Shown here piece by piece: positions 34,967 through 42,885 of a stretch of DNA of 61,531 bases. The stretch is from contig DASZJZ010000081.1 in the NCBI GenBank assembly GCA_035947555.1, forward strand, positions 1-61,531. Reading direction: 5' to 3'. Under the pieces are notes generated by a model that saw only the letters and a program-made list of their open reading frames with translations, was not told the DNA's origin and did not search any database. Made by a program: the position numbers and the translations under genes. This DNA comes from Thermoleophilaceae bacterium. Lineage in GTDB: Bacteria > Actinomycetota > Thermoleophilia > Solirubrobacterales > Thermoleophilaceae. Numbering within the stretch: the stretch's first letter is position 1; each line of letters opens with the position of its first letter.

Positions 34967-36563
34967 GCTCCGCATTCCCGGCCGCGTCCGTCGCGCGCGT
35001 GTAGAGCCGCCACCGGCCCGGCCGCAGCCGGATCGTTACGGCCTTTCGCGTGCCCCGGTACCGCCGCAATCTTCTGACCGGCCGTCCGCCCCGGCGCCCG
35101 AAGAGCTCGATCCGCGTCACGCCGGTGGGGATCAGGCCACGCCGCGTCCCGGGGTCGCGCTTGAGGAAGCGGAGCCGCACCCGGCGCCCGCGGCGTTCCA
35201 CCACGCGCACCCGCGACGAGGGGGCCAACCGGTCCATTCGGCGCGCCAGGTCGATCGCGGCGGCCGCGTTGAGGATGCCCCAGCCGAGGTCGGGGTTCCA
35301 CTCCCCGGAGCCGGCGGCCGTCTCCTTGATGATGCGCAGCTTCTCCCTCGTCGTCAGGCGCGGGTTCAGCGAGCCGACGAGCGCGGCCAGTGCCGCCACC
35401 TGCGGCGCCGCCATCGAGGTGCCCTCGAGGTAGGCGTAGGCGTTGAGTCCGCCGAGCTCGCGCCGCGTGCAGTTGGGCAGCGGGAGCGGCGAGCAGGCGG
35501 GCGTGTCGCGCACGGTGAATGCGCCCGGGTAGGTGGAGATCAGCCCCGGCGGTCCGCGCGTCTCGTCGTAGAGGCCGTACGCGGCGAGCGAGATCCCCGG
35601 GCCGCGCCCCGTGCCCGCGCGCGTGTCCTCGAAGTCCGCGGCGGTCACAACCAGGCCGCGGCCGGCGTCGAGGTTCGCGCCGTCGCCGCGCTGGAGCAGC
35701 GAGGCGGGCGCCCCCTGCCCCTCCTCCTCCCCGTCGTTCGCCGCCGCGGCCACGAGCACGATCCCCCGATCGAATGCGGTCTGGATGGCGGCGTCCAGTA
35801 CGGGGCTGTCCGGTCCGCCGCCGAAGCTCATGTTGATCGCGTGCGGCTTGCGCGCAATGGCCAGATCGAGGCCGCGGACCACGTTCGCGTCGGGGATCCC
35901 GCCGCGCAGGTCCCTGCCGAGCTTGACCACGTGCAACCCGCAGCCCCAGCCGGCGCCGGCTACGCCGCGACCGTCGTCGGTGGCCGCGCAGGCGAGGCCG
36001 GAGACGTGGGTCCCGTGGCCGTCCTCGTCCACGCGCGGGTCGCTCCCGTCCACGCTCTCCGCGCTCAGGATCTTGCCGCTCAGCTCGGGGTGACTTGCGT
36101 CGATCCCGGTGTCGAGCACGGCCACCCGGGCTCCCGCCCCGGTCGTCACGTCCCAGGCGGCCGGGAAGCCCTGGCGCGCCAGCGCCCACTGGATCGGCGT
36201 GCCGGGCAGCACGGCGTACTCGCCCTCGGGGCTGGCGACCGCGAAGTCGTTGGGGATCCGCCGCAGCTCCCGCACCCATTCGCGCGAGACGTGCGCCACG
36301 GCCGGATCGCGGCGCAGGCGCGCGACGGCGGGGCGGGGCCCCTTCAGGGTGAGCACGCCCAGGCCGGGCGCTGCCGGGCCGGCGCGCCGCATCCCGGTGC
36401 GATCGAGCAGGCGTTCGACCTTCGCGGGCGCCGTGGCGTGACCGGCGTGCTCGAGCAGGACCAGCCAGCGGTCCGTGTGGCGGGGCACGGCCGCCTGCGC
36501 CGCTGGTGCGGCGAGCGCGGCCAGTGCAGCCGCCGCCAGAGCCCGTGACAGGCGCCTCCGCAT
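34914..36563 (-). CDS. secreted S8 (subtilisin) family serine peptidase
   Basis: ATG 36563 (MRRRLSRALAAAALAALAAPAAQA signal). Triad motifs VAVLDTGID, HGTHVSG, GTSMAAPQVA. The track ORF's extra 293 N-terminal aa are antisense to the next gene. Confidence 0.85.
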   Translation of the reverse strand: MRRRLSRALAAAALAALAAPAAQAAVPRHTDRWLVLLEHAGHATAPAKVERLLDRTGMRRAGPAAPGLGVLTLKGPRPAVARLRRDPAVAHVSREWVRELRRIPNDFAVASPEGEYAVLPGTPIQWALARQGFPAAWDVTTGAGARVAVLDTGIDASHPELSGKILSAESVDGSDPRVDEDGHGTHVSGLACAATDDGRGVAGAGWGCGLHVVKLGRDLRGGIPDANVVRGLDLAIARKPHAINMSFGGGPDSPVLDAAIQTAFDRGIVLVAAAANDGEEEGQGAPASLLQRGDGANLDAGRGLVVTAADFEDTRAGTGRGPGISLAAYGLYDETRGPPGLISTYPGAFTVRDTPACSPLPLPNCTRRELGGLNAYAYLEGTSMAAPQVAALAALVGSLNPRLTTREKLRIIKETAAGSGEWNPDLGWGILNAAAAIDLARRMDRLAPSSRVRVVERRGRRVRLRFLKRDPGTRRGLIPTGVTRIELFGRRGGRPVRRLRRYRGTRKAVTIRLRPGRWRLYTRATDAAGNAELTPRRPDVRFRVRQRHR

Positions 36564-36635
36564 ACCTGAATTGCAGCACGCGCGTCCAGCACCGTGCGCC
36601 GATCTGCGCCCGGCGCCGCTAGGGTCGGTCGCGGG

Positions 36636-37526
36636 ATGGCCGAGCAGCGGGCGCCTGCGAACGGGATCGAGCTCGTCTACGAGACGATCGGCGACCCCAC
36701 GAACCCGGCGCTGCTGCTGATCATGGGGCTCGGCACCCAGCTGATCCACTGGGACACCGAGCTCTGCGAGCGGTTCGCCGAGCGCGGCTTCCACGTGATC
36801 CGCTTCGACAACCGCGACTGCGGCCGCTCGACGAAGATCGACGCCCCCGTGCCGAACGTCGCGCGGGCGATGGCGGGGCTCAAGATCGACGCGCCCTACA
36901 CGCTGGACGACATGGCCGAGGACGCCTTCGGGCTGCTCGACCACCTCGGCATCGAGGCGTCCCACGTGGCCGGCGTCTCGATGGGCGGGATGATCGCCCA
37001 GACGATGGCGATCCGCCGCCCCGAGCGCGTGCTGTCGCTCACGTCGATCATGTCCACCACCGGGGAGCGGCGGGCGGGCCGGCCGAAGCTGCGGGTCTGG
37101 GGGGTGCTGCTGCGCAGGGCGCCGCGCGACAAGGACGCCGCCGTCGAGTACTTCGTGCGGGTGTTCAAGCTGATCGGGTCGAAGGGCTTTTCGGTCGACG
37201 AGGACCGGATCCGCGAGCTCGCGGCACAGGCCTACGAGCGCGGTCACAACCCGGCGGGCACTGGCCGCCAGCTCGCGGCCATCATGGCCTCGGGCGACCG
37301 CACCGAGCGGCTGCGGCAGCTGCGGGTGCCCACCACGGTGTTCCACGGCCGGGACGACCCGCTCGTGCCGTTCCGGGGCGGCCGCGCGACCGCGGATGCG
37401 ATCCCGGGCGCCCGGCTGATCGCTGTTCCGGGGATGGGCCACGACCTCCCGCGCGAGGTCTGGCCACGGCTGGTGGACGCGGTGGCCGAGACGGCGGCGC
37501 GGGCGACGGCGGCTCAGGCCGCCTGA
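36636..37526 (+). CDS. alpha/beta hydrolase
   Basis: MAEQRAPANGIELVYETIGDPTNPALLLIMGLG...VAGVSMGGMIAQ...VPGMGHDLP. Confidence 0.85.
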   Translation: MAEQRAPANGIELVYETIGDPTNPALLLIMGLGTQLIHWDTELCERFAERGFHVIRFDNRDCGRSTKIDAPVPNVARAMAGLKIDAPYTLDDMAEDAFGLLDHLGIEASHVAGVSMGGMIAQTMAIRRPERVLSLTSIMSTTGERRAGRPKLRVWGVLLRRAPRDKDAAVEYFVRVFKLIGSKGFSVDEDRIRELAAQAYERGHNPAGTGRQLAAIMASGDRTERLRQLRVPTTVFHGRDDPLVPFRGGRATADAIPGARLIAVPGMGHDLPREVWPRLVDAVAETAARATAAQAA

Positions 37527-38311
37527 ACCGGCGGCCGGTGCTCAGCCGCCAGCCGGTGGGCGAGGGCGAGCGTCTCCGGATCGAGCTCGCCGGGCACGAG
37601 CCGGTAGCGGGCGCCGTACTCAGCGAGGAGGGCGTCGCGGACGGAGTGCCAGAGCGGCTCGGCGGACGCGGGTGCGGCGACAGCGGGGCGCTCGCTTCCC
37701 ACCTCGTCCTCGACCGCTCCGACCGTGCGCGGGTCCCACTCCAACTCGAGCGCCTCGTACACCGGGTCGAGCACGTCTCGCACGCGCTCCGCGCCGTTCA
37801 CCACGATCACCGCGCCAGTGTGGCTTCCACCGGACACGACCCGCTGTCCGGTGCCCGCCAGCTTGCGCTCGCCGGCGGCGTTCACGCTCCATCGCCCGGG
37901 GCAGTACTCCCCCGGGATCTCGCCGACGCGGGCGTCCACGGCGAGTCGGCGCAGCGCTCGCGCGATCAGGGTGGCCGTGGCCTCGAAGCGGTCATGGATC
38001 CCGGGCTTCGGGTCGGGATCGGGCACCGCGTGGGCCAGCTCCAGGGTCCCCTCGTGGAACACCGCCGCCCGCCCGCCGGCCAGCCGCAGGATCGCCCCGT
38101 AGCCTCGTGCGCGGGCCGCCGCAAGGGCCCGCTCGTACCCCGGCGAGAGCGCGTCCCGCTTGGCGAACGCCACCACAGCGGCGGGCCGCGCCAGGCGCAG
38201 CGTCTCGGGCAGCTCCCCGCGCGCCACCCGGTGCATCACCGCGCGCGAGACCCCGGCATCGAGCCCGGGATCGTCCGGAAAGCAGTCGTAGAGGACGCGC
38301 AGCGGGCGCAA
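37514..38311 (-). CDS. lipoate--protein ligase family (BPL/LPL catalytic domain) protein
   Basis: 265 aa. AVVAFAKRD...AGGRAAVFHEGTLELAH...GEYCPGRWSVNAAGERKLAGTGQRVVSGG. Confidence 0.7.
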   Translation of the reverse strand: MRPLRVLYDCFPDDPGLDAGVSRAVMHRVARGELPETLRLARPAAVVAFAKRDALSPGYERALAAARARGYGAILRLAGGRAAVFHEGTLELAHAVPDPDPKPGIHDRFEATATLIARALRRLAVDARVGEIPGEYCPGRWSVNAAGERKLAGTGQRVVSGGSHTGAVIVVNGAERVRDVLDPVYEALELEWDPRTVGAVEDEVGSERPAVAAPASAEPLWHSVRDALLAEYGARYRLVPGELDPETLALAHRLAAEHRPPVQAA

Positions 38312-38321
38312 GCTGCCGGGG

Positions 38322-38618
38322 CTAATAGCCCAGCGCGAACTTGGCCTCTTCGCTCATCAGGTCGGGCGTCCAGGGGGGCGAGAAGGTCATCTTCGAGTGG
38401 ACGTTCGCCACGCCGTCGACCTCGCTCACGAACTCCTCGATCTGCTCGGACACCTGCGGGCCGATCGGGCAGCCCGGTGAGGTGAGCGTGAAGGTGACGA
38501 ATACGTCGCCGTCCTCGACCGCGATGTCGTAGATCAGGCCCAGCTCGACGAAATCGAGCCCGAGCTCGGGATCGATCACGTTGGTGAGCGCTTCCTGGAC
38601 GTCGTCGACCGTCGGCAT
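38322..38618 (-). CDS. DUF59/SufT-like metal-sulfur cluster assembly factor
   Basis: Start at MPTVDDVQEALTNVIDPELGLDFVELGLIYDI...TLTSPGCPIGP (canonical DUF59). The longer track start would collide with the divergent fxsA. Confidence 0.8.
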   Translation of the reverse strand: MPTVDDVQEALTNVIDPELGLDFVELGLIYDIAVEDGDVFVTFTLTSPGCPIGPQVSEQIEEFVSEVDGVANVHSKMTFSPPWTPDLMSEEAKFALGY

Positions 38619-38646
38619 CACCAACAGGGTAGTAGGGTCGAAGGCA

Positions 38647-39036
38647 ATGCCGCTGTGGGCGCTGATTCTCATCTTCATCGCGGTGCCGATCGCGGAGCTG
38701 TACCTGATCTATCTCGTCGGCGACGCGATCGGCGTGTTGCCGACCCTGCTCCTCCTGGCGGCCGATTCGCTGCTCGGCTCGCTGCTGCTGCGCTCGCAGG
38801 GCCGGTCGGTCTGGAACCGCTTCAACGAGGCGCTTGCGGACGGCCGGGTGCCCCGCCGCGAGGTGATGGACGGCGTGCTCGTGATCTTCGGCGGCGCCTT
38901 CCTCATCACCCCGGGCTTCCTCACCGACGTGCTCGGCCTCGTCCTCCTGATCCCGCCCACGAGGTCGGCCGTCCGGCGAATCGTCGAGCGCCGGATCGGC
39001 AGGCGCATTCAGGTTCGGATGCGGCCTCAGCAGTGA
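38647..39036 (+). CDS. fxsA: FxsA family membrane protein
   Basis: MPLWALILIFIAVPIAELYLIYLVGDAIG...VLVIFGGAFLITPGFLTDVLGLVLLIPPTR is canonical FxsA. Confidence 0.85.
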   Translation: MPLWALILIFIAVPIAELYLIYLVGDAIGVLPTLLLLAADSLLGSLLLRSQGRSVWNRFNEALADGRVPRREVMDGVLVIFGGAFLITPGFLTDVLGLVLLIPPTRSAVRRIVERRIGRRIQVRMRPQQ

Positions 39037-39740
39037 GCGGCGAGGCGTTCGCGCTCTCGTTCTTCGACGCCGACCGCGAGCTGTACGGGATCGCGCGGTC
39101 CGGCTCCACCATCCTGTTCGAGGGCCGCAGCGGCGCCGCTCACGCCGCCGGCCCGCAGGTCGCCACCGAGGGCGAGGGCTGGCGCGCCGAGCTGCCCGGC
39201 ACGCTGTCGCTCCTCCTCGAGCCCGTGACCCCGGAGCTCGAGCTGGGCGGCGTGGGCGCCCGGGTCTGCCGGGTGAGCGGCGAGGCGGGCGGGCGGGCGG
39301 TGAGCTGCCTCGGCACGTTCTCGGTCACGAGGGTGACACCGCGCTGGGACGAGCTCGACGCGCTGCGCAGCCTGTCCGCGCTGGTGGACGACCGCAACGC
39401 GCTGCTGGCGCTCGCCCGGCGGCCGCGCGGCGTCTCCGGCCACGGCCAGGAGCTGGTGCGGGCGGGACTGGTCGTGGACGGGGAGCTGCGCCAGGTGGAG
39501 GAGACGCGCATCTCGACCGTCTACGACGGCGACGGGCGCCAGCGCAGCGCGGGGCTCGAGGTGTGGCTCCCGGGTGAGGAGTTCCCGCGCCGCGGCTCGG
39601 GGCTCGTGATAGCCGGTTCTTCGCTCGAGCTGGATCCCGTACGCGTGCACGCGGCGGTGTTCCGCTGGCGGCTCGACGGCCGCGAGGGGATCGGGGCCTA
39701 CGAGCTGATGGTGCGCGTGGAGCCGCCCGCGGCGGCGTGA
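39033..39740 (+). CDS. hypothetical protein
   Basis: GTG 39033 overlaps the fxsA stop (GTGA). 235 aa, VSGEAFALSFFDADRELYGIARSG.... The stop overlaps the HAD start. No family recognised. Confidence 0.55.
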   Translation: MSGEAFALSFFDADRELYGIARSGSTILFEGRSGAAHAAGPQVATEGEGWRAELPGTLSLLLEPVTPELELGGVGARVCRVSGEAGGRAVSCLGTFSVTRVTPRWDELDALRSLSALVDDRNALLALARRPRGVSGHGQELVRAGLVVDGELRQVEETRISTVYDGDGRQRSAGLEVWLPGEEFPRRGSGLVIAGSSLELDPVRVHAAVFRWRLDGREGIGAYELMVRVEPPAAA

Positions 39741-40366
39741 TCCGGGCGGTCATCAGCGACTTCGGCGGGGTGCTGACCACGCCGCTCTCGGCCGGCTTCT
39801 TCGCCTACCAGGAGGAGGCCGGGGTGTCGCTCGAGGAGCTCGGCCGAGCCATGCAGCGAGCGACGGAGGCCTACGGCGAGCACCCGCTCTTCATGCTCGA
39901 GCGTGGCGAGATCGCCGAGGCCGAGTTCGCCCGCCGCCTGACCGAGCAGCTCGGCGAGGAGTTCGACCTGGCGCGCCTGCGCCACCTCTACTTCGACCGC
40001 ATCGAGCCCAATCCGCCGATGATCCGCTACCTCGCCGAGCTGCGCGGGCGGGGCCTGCACACCGCGCTGCTCACGAACAACGTGCGCGAGTGGGAGCCGC
40101 TCTGGCGAGCCAAGCTGCCGGAGCTCGACGAGATCTTCGAGGTGGTGGTGGACTCGGCCTTCGTGGGCATGCGGAAGCCCGAGCGGCGGATCTACGAGCT
40201 CACGCTCGAGCGGCTCGGCGACGGGCTGCGCGCGGAGGAGTGCGTGCTCGTGGACGACCTCGAGGTGAACTGCGAGGGGGCCCGCGCGGTCGGGATGGCG
40301 GCGGTGCGCTTCGACGACGCCGAGCAGGCCATCGGGGAGCTCGAGTCAGCGCTGGGCGCGGATTAG
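39737..40366 (+). CDS. HAD-IA family hydrolase
   Basis: 209 aa. VISDFGGVL (motif I), LLTNN (motif II), VVDSAFVGMRKPE, VLVDDLEVN. Confidence 0.85.
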   Translation: MIRAVISDFGGVLTTPLSAGFFAYQEEAGVSLEELGRAMQRATEAYGEHPLFMLERGEIAEAEFARRLTEQLGEEFDLARLRHLYFDRIEPNPPMIRYLAELRGRGLHTALLTNNVREWEPLWRAKLPELDEIFEVVVDSAFVGMRKPERRIYELTLERLGDGLRAEECVLVDDLEVNCEGARAVGMAAVRFDDAEQAIGELESALGAD

Positions 40367-40447
40367 AACATCTTTTCTTCGCAACTTGCGGGCTCGTCTC
40401 TCGACGGGCTATTGACGACTCTTCGAACCGCTGATCTACTGATCCTC

Positions 40448-40592
40448 GAGACGCGGACGGAACGCAAAGAGCGAAGCCAGAGGTTGTGAGGCTCGCCGCG
40501 CGACAGTCGACTTCGGTCGACAGGCGCGCACCTCAAGCGTGAAGTCCGCGTCTCATTCTTAGCGCCCCGGCTCGCCGGGGCGCTTTGACTTT
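40448..40592 (+). ncRNA. candidate small structured RNA: 107-nt rod-like hairpin with UUCG tetraloop followed by an intrinsic terminator
   Basis: Outer 11-bp stem GAGACGCGGAC (40448-58)/GTCCGCGTCTC (40544-54). Inner helices 40462-65/40537-40 and 40480-84/40530-34. Apical hairpin 40498-40529 with loop TTCG. Then GCGCCCCGG-CTCG-CCGGGGCGC + TTTGACTTT. It sits in a 268-bp gap between convergent genes. Strand and function are uncertain. Confidence 0.35.
40561..40592 (+). terminator. intrinsic terminator-like hairpin with T-rich tail
   Basis: AGCGCCCCGG-CTCG-CCGGGGCGCT followed by TTGACTTT. It could also serve the convergent minus-strand gene, but the T-tract is only on the + strand. Confidence 0.5.
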
Positions 40593-40634
40593 CAGGGCCT
40601 GATCCGTCCGGCGGGGGCGTTCGATTCTTGGGGG

Positions 40635-41600
40635 TCAGCGCCCCCGCTGGGCCAGCTCGCGGTTGGCGGTGCGGCGGTAGCGCCGCATCTTGCTCAGGTT
40701 GAGCCGCACGCGGCCCAGCAACGAGACCGGCGGCAGCTCGAAGCCGCCTACCAGCTTGTGGGGGATCACCGTCCAGGCGCCGTCCTCCTCGACGAGGTCG
40801 CCGCGCACCTGGAAGTTGCGCTGCCACTTGAAGTCCGGGCTGTGGTCGTGGGCGGTCACGCAGACGAGGCCGGGCTGCCACGGCACGCCGACGGGCGCGC
40901 CGCCGAGCCGGATGCGGCGGGCCTCGCGGTCGAGCTCGATGGGGAGCCGCACGGAGAAGGGAAAGCCGTCGGGGGCGACGAGCGACACCACGGCGCTCTG
41001 GTAGCGAGCACCGAGTTCCTCCATCCGTTCGTCCCAACTGGTGCCGCCACCCTCGGTGCCGGCGTGAGGGGCGGGGGGCTCCTCGTCGTGGCCGGAGCGG
41101 ACCTCCTCCATGTGCGTGTCGAAGAGCTGCGGCTCGGCAGTCAGGTCGCCGCCGGGCCAGACGTAGACCCGCTCCGGGCGAACCTTGATGTAGATGCGCG
41201 TGAAGTACCAGCCGAGCAGGCGGTCGAAGACCTTCGGCGGCATCTGGCTCTTCACGGCGGGCAGCTTCTCGCCGATCTCGCGCCGGTAGCGCTCACGGTT
41301 GGCGTCGAGGTCGTCGTCGTCCACGTGAGCCGTGCCCTGGACCAGCACCTGGGGAGGGTCCTCCATGCCGCAGCCGGTGGGGTCCGAGAAGAGCAGCGCG
41401 ACCTTCGGATTGGCGCGCGCGTCCTTGGCCTTCTTCGGATAGCCGAGCCCGGTGGTCACGTCGATGCAGGAATCGCCCAGGCCGTAGTACGGCGTGAGCG
41501 GCCACGTGATGGGCTGGCCACGCCCGTCGACCGTGGTGAACTCGGTGGTCACGAAGCGGTCGAAGACCTGCTGGACCTCCTGCGGCAGCGTGGCTGTCAT
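40635..41600 (-). CDS. PPOX-like (pyridoxamine 5'-phosphate oxidase fold) family protein, two-domain
   Basis: 321 aa. FVTTEFTTVDGRGQPITWPLTPYY...AKDARANPKVALLFSDP...VLVQGTAHV. Same architecture as 5525..6463. Confidence 0.7.
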   Translation of the reverse strand: MTATLPQEVQQVFDRFVTTEFTTVDGRGQPITWPLTPYYGLGDSCIDVTTGLGYPKKAKDARANPKVALLFSDPTGCGMEDPPQVLVQGTAHVDDDDLDANRERYRREIGEKLPAVKSQMPPKVFDRLLGWYFTRIYIKVRPERVYVWPGGDLTAEPQLFDTHMEEVRSGHDEEPPAPHAGTEGGGTSWDERMEELGARYQSAVVSLVAPDGFPFSVRLPIELDREARRIRLGGAPVGVPWQPGLVCVTAHDHSPDFKWQRNFQVRGDLVEEDGAWTVIPHKLVGGFELPPVSLLGRVRLNLSKMRRYRRTANRELAQRGR

Positions 41601-41609
41601 GAGAGCGAT

Positions 41610-42392
41610 TCAATCACGCCGCAGGAAGCTCTCGACCTCCTTCGCGAGCAGATCGGGACCGCTCACCGCTGCCCCGTGGCCGTGGCCCTCGAGCTTGCGC
41701 ACTTGGACGTTCGGGATCGCCGCGGCGAAGGCCTCGGTGGAGCGGCGCGCCCAGTCGGGGCTGTGGGAGCCGACCAGCATCAGACAGGTGGGCGCGAGCC
41801 GGTCCAGCGCGAGGTTGTCGGTCGCGAGCTCCAGCTCGGCCCGTAGTTCGCGCGGGACCGTGGGCGCGGCCTCCAGCCGCTTCTCCCACGCGGTTGTGGA
41901 CTCCATGATGTCGATCTCGACATGGGAGTAGCCGCCCACGTCGTGAAGGAAGCGCCGGACGGCGACCTCGGGGGCGCCGGCCGCGAGCTCGCCCTCGAAC
42001 TGCCGGATCCACGCCTCGTCGGCCAGCACACCTCCCATCGGCGGCTCGTACAGCACGAGCCGCGTGAGGCCGTCGAGCCGGCCGGCCGCTCCCGCCGCGA
42101 GCAGCGCGCCGTACGAGTGGCCGAACAGCAGGGCGCCGTCGCCCGCGGCCCTCATGACGGCTGCGACGTCTTCGAACTCCGCCTCGAGCGAGTAGTCGTC
42201 GCCGTCGCCGGAGTCGCCGCGCCCACGCCGGTCGAAGGCCCAGACGGCGAAGCGCGGCTCGAGCAGGGGCCGGACGAGATCGAAGCCCCAGCGCCCCGAG
42301 CCGGCCCCGTGGATCATGACGAGCGGCCGGCCGGAGCCGGACACCTCAACTGCGAGCTGGACGCCGTCGGGGGCAGCGACCTGGCGAAGCAC
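41610..42392 (-). CDS. alpha/beta hydrolase
   Basis: 260 aa. RPLVMIHGAGSG...AFDRRGRGDS...LFGHSYGALLA...EGHGHGA. Confidence 0.8.
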   Translation of the reverse strand: MLRQVAAPDGVQLAVEVSGSGRPLVMIHGAGSGRWGFDLVRPLLEPRFAVWAFDRRGRGDSGDGDDYSLEAEFEDVAAVMRAAGDGALLFGHSYGALLAAGAAGRLDGLTRLVLYEPPMGGVLADEAWIRQFEGELAAGAPEVAVRRFLHDVGGYSHVEIDIMESTTAWEKRLEAAPTVPRELRAELELATDNLALDRLAPTCLMLVGSHSPDWARRSTEAFAAAIPNVQVRKLEGHGHGAAVSGPDLLAKEVESFLRRD

Positions 42393-42420
42393 CGGGCGAG
42401 CGTACTGCCCTGCCGGGCGG

Positions 42421-42876
42421 TTAGTTATCGGATCCCAACCGGTCCCAGCAGTACAGCTCGACCGCCTCGCCGGCCAGCTCCATCAGCCGCTCGTCCGACA
42501 GCCACGGCAGCACCGTGTCGAGCGCCTGCTCCTCGCTCACGCCCGCGTCGAAGGCGTCGTCTCCCTTGAAGCCCGCGGCGATCCGCAGCGCCTCGCGGCG
42601 GTGCTCGCCCAGGCTCGGGAAGGCGGCCAGCAGGAACTCCTTGTTCGCGATCGGCTGCCCCACCTCGAGCGAGGCGTGCCATGCCGCGAGGATGGACAGG
42701 TCGTCGTCGTCCAGCTCGTCGACGGCCTTGGCGTAGTGCACCTGCAGCTCGTCGTCAGGGATCTCGTCGACCCAGGCGCGCACGACCTCGCCGAGCAGCT
42801 GCCGCCGAGCCTCGCGCCCGACGCTCTCGGCTACGACCCTGATCGCTTCCTGGGGTTCGATGAAGCAGAGAGGCAT
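42421..42876 (-). CDS. hypothetical acidic protein
   Basis: 151 aa with protein-like composition, 9 nt downstream of addA on the same strand. No family recognised. Confidence 0.5.
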   Translation of the reverse strand: MPLCFIEPQEAIRVVAESVGREARRQLLGEVVRAWVDEIPDDELQVHYAKAVDELDDDDLSILAAWHASLEVGQPIANKEFLLAAFPSLGEHRREALRIAAGFKGDDAFDAGVSEEQALDTVLPWLSDERLMELAGEAVELYCWDRLGSDN

Positions 42877-42885
42877 GGCCGCAGG

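Noticed and set aside
36564-37442. N-terminal 293 aa of track ORF 34914..37442
   Set aside because: This part is antisense to the alpha/beta hydrolase 36636..37526 and has no protease pro-domain features. The S8 peptidase has its own Met plus signal peptide at 36563.
38619-38678. Longer start (MKMRISAHSG...) for the DUF59 gene, and start at 38581 for fxsA
   Set aside because: They would make the two divergent genes overlap. Family N-termini (MPTVDDVQEAL and MPLWALILIF) begin at the internal starts.
40612-40634. tRNA-like T-loop string GTTCGATTC near 40618-40626
   Set aside because: The flanking bases do not form a T-stem, and no acceptor, anticodon or D arms can be drawn. It is part of a hairpin (CGGGGGCG...CGCCCCCG) straddling the stop of the PPOX-like gene.
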